Positions 61,731 to 64,000 of a stretch of DNA of 64,000 bases are shown piece after piece (positions within the stretch are counted from its first letter, which is position 1; each line of letters opens with the position of its first letter). Below the pieces are notes generated by a model. The model was not told the DNA's origin, made no database searches, and was given only the letters and a program-made list of their open reading frames with translations. The position numbers were made by a program, and so were the translations under genes. Origin of the DNA: Mytilus edulis (lineage: Eukaryota); assembly GCF_963676685.1 (NCBI RefSeq), contig NC_092352.1:79236001-79300000 (forward strand). Direction: 5' to 3'.

Positions 61731-62833
61731 TATAGACGTAATAAACGTACTATGGATTATGACGTGAACAGTCTTTTATACAAACAAAACATGAGCATGC
61801 CGAAAGATAAATGTATATTAACAACTTTAAGCAAATGTCCATGACTTATTCAATTTAAACTTGATAACCGTGTTTTGTCGGCTGAAGCAAATGTGGGTTT
61901 TTTTCTGTGCTAGAAGGACTTTTGTCCTGCAGTCGACCATCTTACTATACAGATACAAAAGTATCCTTTAACCTGTTTCTATTTGAAGCTAACGGATATT
62001 TTGAAATCATTGTTTATGTTGCAGTTTACTTTGCCGTCCCTGTTCAAATATTGTCGATTTTAATGAAAAGTAAAGTCGGTAAAATAAAGGTTCGTCATGT
62101 TTCCATGCGTAAATCATAAATTGTCTGCTAAAAAATTAGAACGAATTTTGTATTTGTAATTTTCAACGACGACTTTGAGAGGAGATGTTCACATTAGTGA
62201 TAGACTGTGTGAACGGCAAGCTACACCAATTATCCAAATATGTGATACCGGCCTGAATTAAAAAAACATATACAGGATATATAGATTTTTAATTAAAGAA
62301 TCAAGTTTAAGGCAAAGCATAACAAACAAGCAATTTATGTGGAATTAACGGCCACAGTTCACTTTGAATGACGAGGTCTGACAAGATAACAGAATGCCGA
62401 CATGATTGATTTAACTGACAAATCTGTGCACCATTGGTAGCAATGGATGCTCAAGTTCCTCCAGGTTAAATCCTAAAGAGAACGAGGGCCATGATCCCCA
62501 AATATGTCGGGTCTTATTCGCATCACCCCCTGGTTTCAGGGGAGTAAAGATTAACAATTTAACAATTTCTAGATCATAAAACAGTTAAGCTCGAACTGGT
62601 ACCAATTCAGAACCGGCCACTCAGGGTAGACATGAGATGGTCTCAACAGAACTTCCTGCGGTAACGCAGGAAAGTAAAAAACTAATATGATCCGACGTAC
62701 AATACAGGAACGGATCATGACCCCTTAATCTTGCCACTTGAGTGAGTCTATACACACTCATTAAATACCCCCCCCCCCCTTTTTTTTTTCTTTTTCTTAA
62801 TCCCTTGAAAACCATGAGAAATTCTATTCCAAA

Positions 62834-63431
62834 TTATACTTCCGGGAAACGCCGAATTTTTTTAGATGATAGGAAAGTTTCAATACCCCCTTGTATGTTG
62901 TTCAAGTATATATCATAACCAATATCGGATAAGTGAGTTCCGTCATATCTATACAAGTTCATCTCTCGAGCTCGGATATTAGGATGCTGAATAACACAGT
63001 GCCCATCATTCAAGGCATAATTGTTAATAGCCGAGTTTACTCGTTTTCGAGATCTTTCGATAGCTTTTCCATCTGTAGCACCGTGCCAATACCTTCGCAT
63101 TAGCATTTCGCTCCATACGATGCGAGTGTTAGGTACAAGTAAATGCAGACGCAGAATATCCCTTTCAATATTTTGGATGAGTTCCAAAGTTTTAACTTTT
63201 ACCAGATCATTGGAACCAAGCTGAATGATTATCATGGCGGGAGTAGAAATTTGTCAACTGCATGGGATACCTTGGCATTAAAATCATTCCACAACATACC
63301 CCTTTTTCCAAACCAGCGTATGTACACCCCTCTGCTTTGAAGACCAATGTTTGGGCCCCCGTATCTCGTTTTTGCATTTGTCTGTGCCCAATATACAATT
63401 GAAGATCCGACGAACCAAATAGCTTTTGAAC
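62834..63431 (-). pseudogene. SGNH/GDSL hydrolase-like ORF (one frameshift near 63245)
   Basis: Block I IWFVGSSIV, block II WFGKRG, block III QLGSNDL, block V YDGTHLS. Confidence 0.85.
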
Positions 63432-63504
63432 CTAAAAGGAGGTAATATGTATTATAATATTAAAAACACTTCGTTTGAGCTGTAATGAAAGTTAAATTTA
63501 AGAT

Positions 63505-64000
63505 TCAGATACGAATATAGCGTAAATATGCAACGAAAGACCATCGGCCGCACTGCTTGATAATATCGTCTTTAACACCATTTTTTGCCATATCAGTAGC
63601 TCGTCCTATCCGAAAAGAATGAGAACGAATGTGGAACGGTAGTTCACAGAAACCCAAACATTTTTGAAGCAGGGAACAAAATTGATATTTTGTTAAGGCC
63701 AAACCATTAAAATGTGTATATAATTTATTTGATCCATGTACGCCGGAGTAGCGAACCTGCAAGTAAGATTGTAATAGCGTAATTGGACAGATATTCGAAT
63801 ACGATGGCTTTGTATGATCAGGGTTATGGAAGTATGCTTTTGATCGGTTTTTGAGCTGCATATTTTTACATGTAATTCGGTTTGACCCTTACTCTTTTCA
63901 AAAGTGATATCTTCACATTTCAATGCATGTCCACTTTCGTCAGTACGACTGTTTATAGCCAACTCACTTACCCGTAGCATGGCGAAATACGCAAGAGAAA
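63505..64000 (-). pseudogene. Tyrosine recombinase C-terminal part (frameshift near 63820)
   Basis: AMLRVSEL and SKTDQ in one frame; CPI..HSFRIGRAT..GRW..AYLRY in another. Confidence 0.88.

Larger units (their letters stand above)
62280..64000 (-). mobile_element. 3' part of an Ngaro-like tyrosine-recombinase retroelement (YR + SGNH hydrolase); left boundary approximate
   Basis: YR followed by an SGNH-hydrolase ORF is the arrangement known for hydrolase-bearing Ngaro elements. RT and terminal repeats are not visible in the window. Confidence 0.7.

Overview
AT-rich, intron-containing animal DNA. The repeat content resembles a bivalve such as Mytilus; this is inference. Host genes: (1) the terminal exon of an SLCO/OATP organic-anion transporter on the - strand (4636-4910); (2) a BTB/POZ-domain gene (13189/15202-17631); (3) a complete 10-exon, 510-aa type-I membrane receptor (23011-40562). 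Its layout is signal peptide, a C-type-lectin-like domain with a WSC domain inserted in it, a second C-type-lectin-like domain, S/T stalk, TM, and a tail with seven tyrosines; (4) the first four exons of a tandem paralogue (48262-60734, running off the window). Mobile DNA: a young PAT-like tyrosine-recombinase retrotransposon with split direct repeats in the receptor's last intron (34232-39211), and an Ngaro-like YR + SGNH-hydrolase element at the right edge. There are also decayed RTE/RTEX LINEs, Penelope RT remnants, a Helitron, DINE-1/HINE-like elements, several TIR MITEs, four unrelated long hairpins, and about 10 dispersed minimal hammerhead-ribozyme motifs. All calls come from reading the sequence by eye; no searches or folding were run.
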